From Eledone cirrhosa (Eukaryota), in contig OZ024740.1 in the NCBI GenBank assembly GCA_964016885.1, positions 154,132,001 to 154,196,000 of the forward strand: a stretch of DNA of 64,000 bases, read 5' to 3'. Shown here in pieces: positions 27,612 through 42,619 of the stretch. Every line of letters begins with the position of its first letter. Position 1 is the first letter of the stretch. The translations under genes were made by a program, and so were the position numbers. The notes below the pieces were generated by a model. It was not told the DNA's origin and ran no database searches. It worked only from the letters and a program-made list of their open reading frames with translations.

Positions 27612-27974
27612 ATATATAAACATAAATAAAATAATATATATCGTTAATTCACTGTCAGTATTTAATTTGCGCTAATGATATATATCATTAAAGTTCAAAG
27701 GCTTTAGATCAATATCTGGAAATAGGGCACTTAGACGTTGTAATGAATGTGAGTGTGTTTATTTATGCATATATTTAAATATATAGGTGTGTGCGCGTGA
27801 GTTTAAGTATGTATGTTGTGTGTGTGAGGTGAAAAAGAAAATGCAAACTAATATCAATAATATGATTTGATAAATATCTGTATATATACACCTACACATT
27901 TTGTGCTATTTAAAGTGAAAAAAATCAAAAGATATATTGTAAGTGTTGTTAGATAATTCTATAATTCTTTTCCG

Positions 27975-28265
27975 CATGTGTGTGTATATGGGTACGTGTG
28001 TAACATGTGTAATGTGTATGTGTATACGTGTGTGTATGTGTGCGTGAGTATGTATACGTGTGTAATATGTGTAATGTGTATATGTGTACGTGTGTGTATG
28101 TGTACGTGTGTGTATGTATACGTGTGTATATGTGTACGTGTATATGTGTACGTGTGTATACGTGTACGTGTGTGTATGTATACGTGTGTATATGCGTACG
28201 TGTGTGTATGTATACGTGTGTGTGTATACGTGTGTATGTATATGTGTGTATGTATACGTGCGCAT
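27975..28265. repeat. Degenerate alternating purine/pyrimidine repeat (GTGT/ACGT/ATAT)
   Basis: Directly visible. Confidence 0.9.
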
Positions 28266-28551
28266 GTAGTTTGCAATACAAATATCAGAGTGGTGATGTT
28301 GTATGACATTACACACACATGTAAACGTCTTAGCCTCCATATATATGTAGATTAGATAAATATAAATATATGTCCATATAACACATGCACACATGTACAC
28401 ATGCACACGCACAAACACACATACACATATAAAAAAAACATATATTTATATATATGCATGAATACAAGCAGATGTGTGTGTAATGTGTATGTGCAATACA
28501 TTTAGGCCTTCATATATGAAAAGATTTATACAGATACTTAGTAAGATAAAT

Positions 28552-31325
28552 TTCTTTATTAGCCACAAGGGCACAAAAGAAGGGGACAAATACAAATAGG
28601 GGGTTTACATACAGGTATATGAAAATAAAACTATTAATACAATAACAAATAACAATTGAAATCCCCAATAGGGGGAGGTGTTACACAGGGGTTGTACACA
28701 CCCCGAAAAATGTACAACCCAGGAGTACCAAGAGTGAGTACACCCTTCCTCTCTTCCTCTTTTTCCTCAACCTACAGGCTTATATAAAGAGAAGGCCCAA
28801 CCACTCGGGCCATCTTTGCCACATTCACCCACCCTTTATAAAATTTGCTGGGGTACAGCACCTTTCTCTCCATCCTGATTCTCCTTCCAAAATGATATTT
28901 GAAAAAACGAATCAGTTGCTCGCCGGAGAGAAAGTTGTCTGACCTCAGCCCTTTTAACCTCGTCCACTATATAACCTCTTTCACCATAGCCAAAACACAT
29001 AGGAAAACCGCCTCTCCCTCGTTTTTGAAGGAGGGTGGCGGTTTGATTATGACAATGGACTCGGTGGTAGAGCTCCTCGGTAGCACTGCCAGGCCAGGGA
29101 CTTTTGGAAGTTGTCCATTGGTCCCGGGCGGAAGGTCCTACCGAACAGACTGGCCAGTTCGTCCTCCTCTACGCCTAGAGTTTCTCCGAGTGTGTCGTCG
29201 CACTTGCTGCGGACCAACCCTCTATGGAATGTCGAAGTGGATTCTCCACTGATCGCCGGGTACGTTTGCCAGAGGACTGTGAGCGCCTGAGCACATTCGA
29301 TGTGCCAGTCGCCCATTTTCCTCGGTATTTGCTTGAACCAGGACTGCAGCTCGCTGAGCGAGACGAGTCGTGGGAAGGCTCACCTCACGAACGGGGCCCA
29401 CACCGGTTGTCTGGTGAGGAATACGTGGAGGTGCCGCAGCCTGAGAGCGTGTTTGCGCATCGTCAGCCACGGCAACCACAGCCCTCCGTTTGAATGGTGT
29501 TGACAGCAGATGGATCTTCTCACCAAAGGAGCCCGTTTCATCCAAAGGAATTGGAAGAGCGCGCGCTCCATTTTGGTGACCCTTTTGGCTGGACAAGGCA
29601 CGACGGTCAAGCGGTAGTAGATAACGGACGCTATAAAAGTGTTCGCCACCTCCGCTTGACCTTTCAAGGATAGTTTGCACTCGGCCCACTTCTGGGTGAG
29701 TGCAAACACCTTGGCTGTCACCTAGTTCCAGTTCTTCTCTACCTGGAGGTCCGGACCAAACCAGACCCCGAGCAGCTTCACCGGTCTTTCCGTCCAGCGT
29801 CTGAAACGCCATCGGAAGGCATCGGTTTGCCTCTCCACGTTCCGGGTTGCAAACCGACGGATTTGTCCCGGTTCAGTTTCGCTCCTGTGAACCTTTCGAA
29901 TTCCTCCAGTAAGGTGCCGATCTACCCGATTTGCGAGGTGTTCGACACCATTACTGTAACGTCGTCGGCGTAGGCCGACGCCGCTTTTCGCAGTCCCGGT
30001 TTCAAAGGGATGTCCTGCAATAGCTCCAACTTCCGCAGTAGTGGCTCGAGAGTCAGTACGTACAGAAGGGAGGAGAGAGGGCATCCCTGTCGGATGGATC
30101 GCGTGATATGGAACGGCTCCGAGAAGTAGCCGTTCACCTTGATCGTCTGCATGTATTCTATCCCGGTTGACTATGCAGACGACTAGTTGGTGATCTGAAT
30201 AGGCAACCATGTGCATTTGTGGACAGCTAAACATCTTCTTGTCCTTTTCTCTAATGAAAAACCTATCTAGATACGATCTAGATGTGCCGCTGCGGTTTGC
30301 CCACGTCCACTGCGGTGCAGTTGGGAAATCTAGTCGATATCTATCGGCCAGTTGGAATTGGCCGATTAGATTTTTGAGGCTGTTGCACCTCGCTCTACTG
30401 GGACATGCTCCCACATAGTCCCATCGTGCATCTAGGATACTATTCCAGTCCCCCACTAAAAGTAAGGAGCGAGACGTTCCCAGAAAAGACTCCAGACGCT
30501 TAAATAAGTCTCGCCGCGATTGTGATTGCCTGGTCGGGGCATAAACGACCACCGTCTGAAGGCTCCACCTCAAATACTGTTCACGTCTAGGACTATCCTC
30601 CGGGTCCAAGTGTACTTGCTGTACTTTGCTGTATTTCGAGATACAGGTTTTTCCGAAACATGACAGTCACTTCCCCTCCACCCCCAGCTGACAGAGAGAT
30701 GCGTAGATCTCAAAGTCATTGGAGATGGGGTTAGTTGCTGCCTGATGTGAATCCAGGACTCGGTGATGGCTATCACATCTATACCGTGTGACCTAAGGTC
30801 GTTTAAAAGTTGGCCCTGTTTCCAGGGCATCCCTAGGCCACGCACATTCAGGCTTCCAACTCGTAAGTTAGCCATGTTGGTGGAGTAGGGTTGGCAAAAA
30901 GGACGAAAAGGTGCACTTATCTTTCCGTTTCCTGGAGATCGGGTTGTTCAATCTCCATTTCAGTTCTGGTGGGGGTGTTGAATGAGGTGGGGAAACATTT
31001 CAACAGGACACGGTTTATTGGTTATTGGCAGGGGTTGCCAACGTCCTGTGAACACTTTTCTTTCAATGTCTGATAGGTCTCTATCGAAACCCTTATTAGT
31101 TTTAGGTGTGGTTGAGAGTTTGCTTTTACAAAAGTTTTCCCCTCAGTTTCTACTTTGGGGTCGTTGGAGATGACCTCTATTTGGTTTTTGTTGTTTGTGT
31201 TAATGTATGTGTATTGTTGTTTGTTTTCTTTGTTGTGTTGTTTTGGTTTGTTGTTCATTTTGTAGTTTTCTTTTTATGGTGGGAATTTGTGTTTGGGGTG
31301 GTGTTGGTGTTTGTTTTGCTGGTAC
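28552..31325 (-). mobile_element. L1/Tx1-clade LINE copy A (5'-truncated, internal deletions)
   Basis: ORF1 C-terminus, APE (SLNVRG, VYAP, VGDWN, SYLDRF, SDH), RT (RQGCPLS, YADD), 3' AATAAAGAAA end. Confidence 0.9.
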
Positions 31326-31354
31326 ACAACTTCGTCTATCTCAGCAGGTAGATG

Positions 31355-34300
31355 TTTCTTTATTAGCCACAGGGGCACAAAAGAAGGGGACAAATACAAA
31401 GGGGAAGTTTACATACAATAAAAACGTCTAAAATACTATCACAAATGCAATCAAAAATTAATCGATTTTCCCCAATAGGGGGAGATTTTACATATGGGTA
31501 ACACATACCCCGAAAAACTGTGCAACCCTCATCTCCAGGAGTACGAAGAGTGAGTACCCCTTTCCTCCCTTCCTCTTTTTGCTCAACCTAGAGGCTGATA
31601 TAGAGAGAAGGCCCATTCACTCGGGCCATTCTCGCCACTTTCACCCACCTTTCATGAAATTTGCTGGGGTACAGCACCTCTCTCTCCATCCTGACTCTTC
31701 TTCTAAAGTGGTATTTGAAAAAAAGGATCAGTTGTTGGCCGGAGAGAAAGGTGTCTGATCTCAGCCCTTTTAACCTCGTCCACCATACAACCTCTTTCGC
31801 CATAGCTATCACACAAAGGAAAACTGCCGCTCCTTCGTTTTTGAAGGAGGGTGGCGGTTTGATCATGACGATGGACTCGGTGATCAACCCGATTGGTCCC
31901 ACCCGCGATAATAGTCGTTCTACGTAGCCCCACCGGTCGGTAAGGTCCGGGCAGTGTACGAATGCGTGCGCGACGGTTTCTTCGTCTCGCACGCATCTCA
32001 GACAGATCTTTTTCGAGGGGTCCCTGCCATGGCACCCGTGTCTGTAGAGCTTGTCTCAAACTTGAAGAGCTCCTCGGTAGCACTGCCAGGCCAGGGACTT
32101 TTGGAAGTTGTACATTGGTCCCGGGCGGAATGTCCTACCGAACACACTGGCCAGTTCGTCCTCCTCTACGCCTAGAGTTTCTCCGAGCGCGTTGTCGCAC
32201 TTGCTGCGGACCAACCCTCTATAGAATGACGAAGTGGAGTCTCCACTGATCGCCGGGTCCGTCTGCCAGAGGTCTGTGAGCGCCTGAACACATTCGAGGT
32301 GCCAGTCGCCCATTTTCCTCGGTCTTTGCTTGACCCGAGATTGCAGCTCGGTCAGCCAGACGAGTCGCGGTAAGGCTCGCCACACCGGTTGTCCGGTAAG
32401 GAATATGTGGAGGTGCCACAGTCTGAGAGCGTGTTTGCGCATCGTCAGCCACGGCAACCCCAGCCCTCTGTTAGAAGGATGGATCTTCTCACCAAAAGCA
32501 CCCGCTTCTTCCAAAGGAATTGGAAAAGCACGCGCTCCATTTTGGTGAGCATTTTGGCTGGACAAGGCACGACGGTCAAGCGGTAGTAGATGACAGACGC
32601 TATAAAAGTGTTCGCCACCTCCGCTCGATCTTTAAAGGATAGTTTGCACTTGGCCCACTTCTGGGTGAGTGCAAACACCTTTGCCGTCACCTCGTTCCAG
32701 TTCTTCTCCACCTGGAGATCCGGACCAAACTAGACTCCGAGCAGCTTCACCGGTCTTTCAATCCAGCGTCTGACGACGCCATCGGAAGGCATCGTTCTGC
32801 CTCTCCACGATCCGAGTTGCAAACCGATGGACTTGCCCCGGTTCTGCTTCGCTCCTGTGAACCTTTCGTATTCCTTCAGTAGGGTGCCGACTTCCTCGAT
32901 TTGCGAGGCGCTCGACACCCTTACTGTCACGTCGTCGGCGTAGGCCAACGCCGCTTTCCGCAGTCCCGGTTCCAGAGGGATGCCCTGCAATAGCTCCAAC
33001 TTCCGCAGTAGTGGCTCGAGAGTCAGTACGTACAGAAAGGAGAGAGGCCATCCCTGTCGGATGGATCGCGTGATATGGAACGGCTCCGAGAGGTAGCCGT
33101 TCACCTTGACCCTTGAGCAGATGTTGCTGTTGTGCACTGCAGCAATCCAGCCCCTGAACACGAGTCCGAAGCCTGCCGCCTTGAGCACCGCATACTGGTA
33201 ACGATGGTCAACCCTATCGAAAGCCTTAGACTGATACAAGTTGATCAGGGCCCCACCGAAACCGGGTTTACACCCTACCCTCTCTACGATGTATCGCATG
33301 AGGTGGAGTTTGTCGTGTATGAACGTGGTCGGGATTGCACATGTCAGAGCTTCTCCCACCAGGTTTTCGACGACAAACGCCAGCCTCTTTGCCATCACCT
33401 TGGCCAAAATCAGTACTCTGTGTTTTACAGAGTTATGGGCCGGAAGTTGCCTATGTCATCCCCCTTATTCTCGCCCTTCCTGACTAGCGTTACTACGCCC
33501 TTGGTCACAGAACTGGGAATTCTCCCGTTCTGCTGCCAGTTGCAGTAGACCGCTTCCAGGAGCACAGAGAACAAGTCCGGAATTTCTACGTAAAATTCGT
33601 AGGGTAGACCGCGAAACCTGGAGATTTGCGTTTACCTCATTAGCTCAGCGTGTCCCCTATCTCAGCGGCCGAAATCGGCCTTTCGCAGAACTTCGCCTCG
33701 CTGTCCGAGAGCCGCGGCAGGCCGTCGAGGTATGAACCGAAATCCATAGCCCCTCCCGGCGCGCCGCTTTGCCCGAACAGTCGAGCAAAGTGCCGCTGAA
33801 AGGCCGTGCTCATATGCTTCGGCTTACGTATCACACGTCCGTGTTGGTCCTTCAAAGACCGAATCGTGGACTTGTTGCCACTTTTCGCCTCCGTCGCTCG
33901 GGCCCAGCTAACAGCTTTGGCTCCCTCGTTTCCCAGAGCACGTATTTTGCTTCTGACAACGCAGCCTTCGTGCTTTGCGTCGAAGAACTGGTCCAAGGCC
34001 GTTCTCGTTGCTAACATGCTGGCTACTTTGTCACTCCTAAGTGCCTCTTCTACTTTATCTACCAGTTCCTATTCGGTCTTATTTCTATCTAACGCTAATT
34101 CTTTACTAAAACCTATCGAATCTAATCTAATTGCCCTCTTGAGAGAGTACCACCATCTGTTGTTCACAATGGCCCCGTCAGGTGATGCTTAATTAAAGTG
34201 CTAATCCGACTACTGTAGGCTTTGCATGTCGGTAACGACAAGTTCAGCTTCTATCAGCCGGGTCCCTGTCTATGGATTCTATCAAGGTTGACTAAGCAGG

Positions 34301-36319
34301 TCACTAATTTGTGATCTGAATAGGCAACCATGAACATTTGTGGACAGCTTAACATGTCCCTATCACTAACTCTAACTAGAAATATATCTAGGTACGATCT
34401 AGATGTTCCTCTGTGGTTGGTCTACGTCCACAGTGGCACAGTTGGAAAATCTAGTCGATATCTATCGGCCAGTTGAAATCGGCCGATTAACTGTTTGAGG
34501 CTGTTACACTCCCCTTTATCGGGACATTCTCCCACATAGTCCCAACGTCCATCTAGGATTCCATTCCAATCCCCTACTAATAGCAGGAAGCGGGACGTTC
34601 CCAGAAAAGTCTCTAGACGTTTGAAGAAGTCTGGCCGCGGTGTCCCGGATGCCACCAGCTTGAAGGCTCTACCTTCACTGTCGTCACTGTCTAGGACCAC
34701 CAGTCAACCCTCTGGGTCCAGATGTACCGTCTGTGTTACGAGGTCCATGTGTTTCCGCAGCCAAACGGCAACCCCGGCTGACAGAGAGATGCGTAGATCT
34801 CAAAGTCGTCGAAGATGGGGGCCAGTTGTCGCTCGCTGTGGATCCTGGACTCGTAAATAGTTACTACATCCATACTGTGAGACGTGAGGTCGTTTAAGGG
34901 TTTGCCCTGTTTCCAGGGCATCTCCAGGCCGCGTACATTCACACATCCAACTCTTATACTGGCGATGTTGGTGCTGAAAAGTTAAAAGAAGAGGAAAAGA
35001 AATCACTTACCTCTTTGTCTCCTGGGGACAAGGCTGCACAATTTCCATGGGGGTGTTTGAGCGGTTGTTTGGTGGGTTGTGGTTTCTGGCGGGGGTGGGG
35101 ACGGAGATGTTTGGTGGGAAGGGGGTGTCTGGTGGGATGGGGTGCCTGAGGTGGGGGTGGGGAAACATTTTAACAGGACTCGATTGTAGGGTTTGAAGCA
35201 GGGGTTACCTACGTCGTTAGGAAACTTTTCCTTTAACCGTTTATGTGTGTCCATGGAGATCCTAATTATTTTAAGATTAGGATCCTCCGAAGAGTGTGTA
35301 AAAGTTTTCCCTTCGGTCTCCACCAAAGGGTCTTTATATATGATGTCTGTTAAAGTTTTATTGTTAGTATTTATGTAGGTGTAACATTTTTGTTGTGTTG
35401 TCTTGCTTTTTGTCTGTGGTTCTTGTGTGTGTTTACGTTTTGTAGTAGGTGTAGTAGGAGAGGCTGGGTGGGACTGTGTTTGTCGTTTGTTTTGTTGTCA
35501 CTATTTTTTTTATGTTGTTGTTGTGGTGGTGGTAGTGGTGTTGATTGTTGTGCTGGTGTTGCAGGTGTTGGCAGTAGTGCCTTTTTTTGGCTAGTTAGCC
35601 GAGGGCAGGAAGCTCTCAGGTGACCCCTGCTTAAGCAGTGGTAACATGAGTGCCGCCTACCCTCGACCGAAATGTTTATGTATAGGAGCCCATCCAGCAG
35701 CACACGTTCCGGGATCCTAGCTATTCGTTCTGGTGTCATTTTGGACCGGAATTTCCAGGCTAGTTCCGCTGAACAGGTCGACGGAGGACTTACCTACCGA
35801 TATTATTCAGTCTTTTTCGAGGTTTAAAAATCCACATAGTACCCACCAAATATCAATATTTGGTCTGATACTTTGGATTTTTATTTCTGTGTTTTTTTCC
35901 CCATGTAAGTGGGGGAAAAGGTGAACAGCGGTGACACAATTGGCGACACAGAATATTTCTGTGCCATCAATTGGTATTTCATTAGAATGGATAAACTCCC
36001 GTAGAGTCTACCCTTCTGAATAAAAGCAATGTCTTTTAAGGCACTTTTTAAAGCCAACTCAATTTCGCCTTGTGAAAGTTGAGTCGGTTTTCGGGTTTTG
36101 TTTTAAACTGTCCTGAAAACCACAGTTTTCAATGCAGCTTCTCTTCGCAAATCTGGGGGAGAGTTTATGGAGAATGATCCGTTCTCCCCCAAAAGTTACA
36201 TATTGTCTGGCGTTATTCAAAAGCTCATTTGCATTTGAAATATCTACAGGAGTGTAGCTTACCGTTTTCTTTACGGTTTGCGCAAACGATATTTTGTCGT
36301 TTACTTCCTTGTTGCAGTT
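31355..36319 (-). mobile_element. L1/Tx1-clade LINE copy B (5'-truncated in ORF1)
   Basis: ORF1 CYHCLSRGHLRASC knuckle; APE; RT (KAFDRVDH, YADD); C-terminal ETVAHAFVHC; many frameshifts. Confidence 0.92.

Positions 36320-36377
<58 letters not shown>
36320..36377. repeat. (GATA)n between Tx1 copies B and C
   Basis: Directly visible. Confidence 0.95.
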
Positions 36378-39300
36378 TTCTATTTATTTGCCAAGAGGGC
36401 ACAAAGGAAGGGGATAAATACACAGTGGGGGAGTTTACATAAATCGAGTAAAGAAAAAAAGGAATAACAATAATAATATAATAATAAAAGTCCTCAAAAG
36501 GGAGGGGGTGTGTTGGGGATTGCACATACCCCCGAAAAGTGTGCAACCCTTTTCGCGGGGGAAGCCCAGAGAGGAGGCGCTCCCCCTTTCCTCTTCATTT
36601 CTTCACCTACAGAACAATGTAGAGAGAAGGCCCATTTACACGAGCCATTCTTGCTTCTTTCACCCACCTTTCATAAAACTGTCTGGGGCCAAGCACTTCT
36701 CTCTCCATCCTGATCCTTCTTCCGAAGTGGTATCGGAAGAAGTAAACCAGGTGTCGGCCGGAGAGAAAGTAACCCGACCTCAAACCTTTCAGGCGCGTCC
36801 ACGACACAACCTCTTTCATCATGGCTATTACGCACAGAAAGACCGCCTCTGCTTCATTTCTGAAGGGAGGAGGCGGCTTCATGTTCACCACAGACTCGGC
36901 GGCCAATCGAATCGGCGCCACACGCGACAGCAGTCGTTCGACGTAGCCCCACAGATCGGCAACGCCCGGGAAGTGTACTAGTGCGTGCGCAACGGTTTCC
37001 TCGTCGCGCACGCATCTGGGACAGATCTTTTTCGCGGGATCCCTGCCCGGGCGCCCGTGTCTGTAGGGCTTTTCTCGAACGGGCAGAGCCCCCCGGTAGC
37101 ACTGCCAGGCTAGGGACCTCTGGAAGTTTTCCATGGGTTCCGGGCCGAAAGTTCTACCGAACAGGCTGGCCAGTTCGTCCTCCTCCATGCCTAGCGACTC
37201 TCCAAGGGTGTCATCGCCGCTGCTAGCCACCAGCCCTCTATAGAATGTCGAGGTGGATTCTCCACTGATAGTCGGGTCCGCTTGCCAGAGAGCCGTGAGC
37301 GCCTGGGCACACTCGGTGTGCCAGTTGCCCAGTTTTCTCGGTCTTTGCTTCACCCAGGATTGCAGCTCGGTGAGCGAGACGAGCTGGGGGAAGGCTCACC
37401 TCACAAACGGGGCCCACACCGGCTGACCGTTGAGGAATACCTGTAGATGCCGTAGCCTCAATGCGTGCTTCACATCAACAGCCACGGCATACCCATCCCT
37501 CCTTTCGAAGGGTGCTGGCAGCAGATGGATCTCCTCACCATGGGAGGCCGCTTCTTCCAGAGGAACTGGAAGAGCATGCGCTCCATGATGGTGAGCGTTT
37601 CCTTAGGGCAAGGCACGACGGTCAGGCGGTAGTAGATGACGGACGCTATGTAAGCGTTCGCCACCTCCGCCCGACCTTTCAGTGATAGTTTGCACTTGGC
37701 CCACTTCTGGGTCAGCGCAAACACCCTGCTCGTCACCTCGCCCCAATTCTTCTCCACCTGGAGGTCCGGTCCGAACCAGACCCCGAGCATCTTCACCGGG
37801 CCCCCCGTCCACCACCCGACGACACCGTCTAACGGCATCGGTTTGCCCCTCCACGTTCCGAGTTGCAAACCGACTGACTTGTCCCGGTTCAGCCTAGCCC
37901 CCGTCAGCCTTTCGTATTCCTCCAGTAGGGTGGCGATCGCCCCGATTTCCGAGGCGTCCGCCACCATTACTGTTACGTCGTCGGCATAGGCCGAGACCGC
38001 TTTGTGCAATCCCGGTTCCAGGGGTATGCCCCGCAACAGTGGCTCGAGAGCCAATACGTACAGAAGGGAGGAGAGGGGGCACCCCTGCCTGATGGACCGG
38101 GTGATTTGAAACGGCTCCGAGAGGTAGCCGTTTACTTTAACCCTAGAGCAGACGTTGCCACTGTGCATGGCAGAAATCCAGCCCCTGAAAACGGGTCCGA
38201 AGCCTGCCGCCGCTAGCACCGCATCCAGGTAACCATGGTCGACCCTATCGAACGCCTTAGATTGATCCAAGTTGATCAGGGCTCCACCAAAGCCGGGTTC
38301 GTTCCCAACCCTCTCTACGATGTATCGCATGAGGTGGAGGTTGTCGTGAATGGACCTGGACGGGATAGCGCATGTCTGCGCGTCTCCCACCAAGCCACCC
38401 ACCACAAGCGCCAACCTCTTCGCCAACACCTTGGCCAAAATCTGTAACTCTGCATTCAGCAGAGTTATGGGCCTAAAGTTACTTAAGTCGTCCCCCTAGC
38501 TCTCGTCCTTCCTCACTAGCGTGACTACGCCCTTGGTCACAGAACAGGGAATTCTCCCGTTCTGTTGCCAGTTGCAATAGACAGCCTCGAGGAGTTCGGA
38601 GAACAAGACCGGCATAGCTAAATAAAGTTCGTATGGTAGACCATCGAGACCCGGAGATTTGCGTCTGCTGCATTGGCTGAGCGCTTCCCCGATTTCAGTG
38701 GTTGTGATTGGCCTTTCGCAGCACTCCGCTTCGCCCCTCGAAAGACGCGGTAGACCGTCGAGGTATGGACCGAAGTCCACATCCCCGTCCGGCCCCCCGG
38801 CCCCTCCGAACAGTCGAGCAAAGTGCCTTTGAAAGGCCTCGCACATCCGCTCAGGTTCAAGGATCACCCGTCCATCCTGGTCTCGCAAAGACCGAATGGT
38901 GGATTTAATCCCACTCTTGGCTTCTGTCACGTGGGTCCAGCTAACAGCTTTGGTCCCCTCGTTTCCTAAAGCACGTATTTTACTTCGGACAACGCAGCCT
39001 TCGTGCTTCGCGTCAAAGAACTGGCACAACGCCGTTCTCGACGCTAACACTCTGGCCACGTCTCCGCTCCTAATCGCCTCTTCTAGTTTATCTGTCAACT
39101 CCCTTTCCCTCCTATTTCTATTCGCCGCTAGTTCCTTACTGTAACCTATCGAACTTACTCTAATCTCTCTCTTTAGAGATACCCACCACCTGCTGTTGAC
39201 GATCGCTCCCGTCAACCGCATCTTAACTAAGCTACTAATCCGGTTCCTGTAAGCTTCCTTTGCCGGCAAGGACAAGTTTATCTTCCAGTAACCGGGACCC

Positions 39301-40960
39301 TGTCTATGCGTTCTATCAAGGTTGACCACGCAGATCACTAATTTGTGATGTGAATAGCCAACCATGAGCAATTCTGGACAACTAAATACGTCCCTATCCT
39401 TACTCCTAACCAAAAACCTATCTAGGTACGATCTAGATTGACCACTGCGGTTTGCCCAGGTCCAGGTTGGCACAGTTGGAAAATCTAGTCGAAATCTATC
39501 GACCAGGTCGAATCGATTGAGTAACCCTTGAGGCTGCTACACCCCCCTCTATCGGGACATGCCCCTGCATAGTCCCAACGCGCATCTAGGATTCCATTCC
39601 AGTCCCCCACTAAAAGCAGGGAACGCGACGTTCCTAGAAAAGTCTCCAGACGCTGGAAGAAGTCGGCTCTTTCAGCCCCGAAGGGGGCATAAAGACCGAC
39701 CAGTCTGAAAGCCCCGCCTTCACCGCCTCCGACGTCCAGCACCAGTAATCGACCCCCCGGGTCCGAGTGAACAATCTGTACGTCGAGAGCCAGACGTTTA
39801 TCCAGCAGTACGGCAACCCCACCCCCGCCTCCGGGTTGACTGAGAGATGTGTGCATCTCAAAGTCATCGAAGGCGGGAGCCAGCTGTCGCACGCTGCTGA
39901 TCCGACTCTCGCAAACAACCATCACATCTATACTTCGTGACCTGAGGTCATTTAGAAGCTTTGCTTGCTTCCAAGCTGAGCCCAGGCCACGCGCATTCAA
40001 ACAACCAACTTTCAATTGATCTATTTTGGTGTTGAAAGTGAAGAAAGAAAAGCACCTACCTCTCCGGGTTGTATATTTTCCATGGGGTCGGATGTGTTGG
40101 GTGGAGGGATGTTTTGTGGTGGTGTAGGGGTATCCGAGTGTGGTGGGGTTGGGGTATTTGGAGTTGTGTCAGGGAGAGGGGAGGTTATGGGGAAATCTTT
40201 CAAGAGGACGCGATTTAACGGTTTTAAACAGGGGGGGGGGGGGGCTCACGTCCTGTTTAAATTGTTCTTTTAAGGAACGATAAAGGTCCAGAGGGACCTT
40301 TATCATTTTTAAATGGGTGAAGTTCTCTGTTGAGATAAAGTTTGGACCTTCGGTCTGCAGCAAAGGGCTATTGTTTATTAATTTAAACAGTTTTTTTGTT
40401 TTCTTTATTTATATATGTGTATTGTAAAGTCTTTTTTTGTGATGCTGTCAATGTTTCGAAGGGGGGAGGCGCAGATTTATTTTTGTTTGTCGAGGGTGGG
40501 GTGTTTTTGATTGGAGTTGGTGTTTGTGTGTGGGTTATTTGTTGTTGTGGTGTGCTGGGTGTGTGCTTTCGTTTTTTTCTTTTAACTTGTCTGAAGGCTT
40601 CTCCTCATTCTTCTTCTGAAGTTGGGGGAAACTCTTCAGCGCTAGGTGGGAGGGACGTGGTGTCTGGTTGTTTGTTTTTTTTGCCTCAGCTACCCGCTCT
40701 CCTTCAGTTTGTTTAGTGGGCGTGTCATCGTTACCTGTGGTAATGGCTTCCATTACCACTAGCGTAGAGACAATTGCAAGATTTTTAGGATGAAAGATTT
40801 CACCCCAAAAGGGGTGAAATAAATTAACCCTAATGTCCGAAGACCCAGGCAAGGGGGTTAATTAACACAATAATGCAAGAATACAGACAAACACTTACTG
40901 TTAACACGTAATATCTCCAATATTCGCGGAGCCGATGTGAAGCACGTCTATGCCATCCGG
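36378..40960 (-). mobile_element. L1/Tx1-clade LINE copy C (5' end intact, about 1.1-kb ORF1 deletion)
   Basis: 5' ATAGACGTG..GCTCCG motif shared with copy D; APE, RT and CPRC..ETVAH; GATA repeats on both sides. Confidence 0.92.
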
Positions 40961-40989
40961 AGATAGATAGATCGATAGATTTATAGCTA

Positions 40990-41020
<31 letters not shown>

Positions 41021-41325
41021 GTGTGTAAGGAGGAATAATTGAAACTGTTTGCACTTCACACCTTTGTCTGTTCATAACAAAGTTAGTTTTATCTTATGCA
41101 GATAGAAAAATAGCGAAACAGGGATAGAAGTGAGAATTCTCATTGCCATGTTTAATACGCTCTTCCTGTAATAAATATTACATGCTAAAGCCAAAGATGT
41201 TGTCTGCCCATAATAGGTCTATAGATTAAAGCGTTGCATTTATATATGAGAGGGATCTTCTACCAGGATTAGAAAGCAGGTAAATATAACAAAAAAAAGC
41301 TTTTATTTATAGCATGCCCTTAAAT

Positions 41326-41472
41326 CAGTGGCTCTCGAACTTTTTTTTTTTTTTTTTGCCTGACTAAATATATATGAAAAATATTTGAATTTTACAAAAT
41401 AAAAACATGGCAAAAATAAAATTTCGTGGCACACTTAGGAAGATCTCGCGGCACACTGGTTGAGAATCACTG
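41326..41472. mobile_element. hAT (Charlie-like) MITE
   Basis: TIRs CAGTGGCTCTCGAAC / GGTTGAGAATCACTG; 8-bp TSD CCTTAAAT / GCTTAAAT. Confidence 0.75.
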
Positions 41473-41672
41473 GCTTAAATGTTGGCCAGAGGAGTGTTCA
41501 AATAGAGACCTATTTGTGACAGGGACAAACTGATATTGATAACCGTGGTTTGGCAGAAAGGTTTAGTGTCTGGTATTAATAATTTAGTCAGAGGCTTATA
41601 TGGCAACACCAACGTACAGGTAATACTGTAAAAAAGTGGTTAATTTGGAAAGGTGTGTTAGCAAGTTAATAG

Positions 41673-42232
<560 letters not shown>

Positions 42233-42619
42233 TATTTATATATAGGTATATTTATGTATATATATATACATTGCTTTATTATGGCTATTGGTGAGCTGTA
42301 TTACTCAAACGTTTCACCTGCGCACTCACCGGATCACCAGTCATATCTTATGATCTTGTAAGTTCGAAGGTGAAACACGAGAGTAACAAGGCTCATCACT
42401 TAGCCATAATAAATGAATATTTAGACTCTACTTCGGTATTGAGTTTTCATTCTTACGTCCGTCAAAAATTCGTGTATTCTCAGGTATAATTAGTTCTTTT
42501 TTTCCATTAAAAAAAACCTTATATACGACAAAAAAAAACATTCCAAAAAATCCCATATTTAGAAACGTAAACTATACAATTACCGATTTCCCAAGCACCC
42601 CCCCCCCACACACACACAC

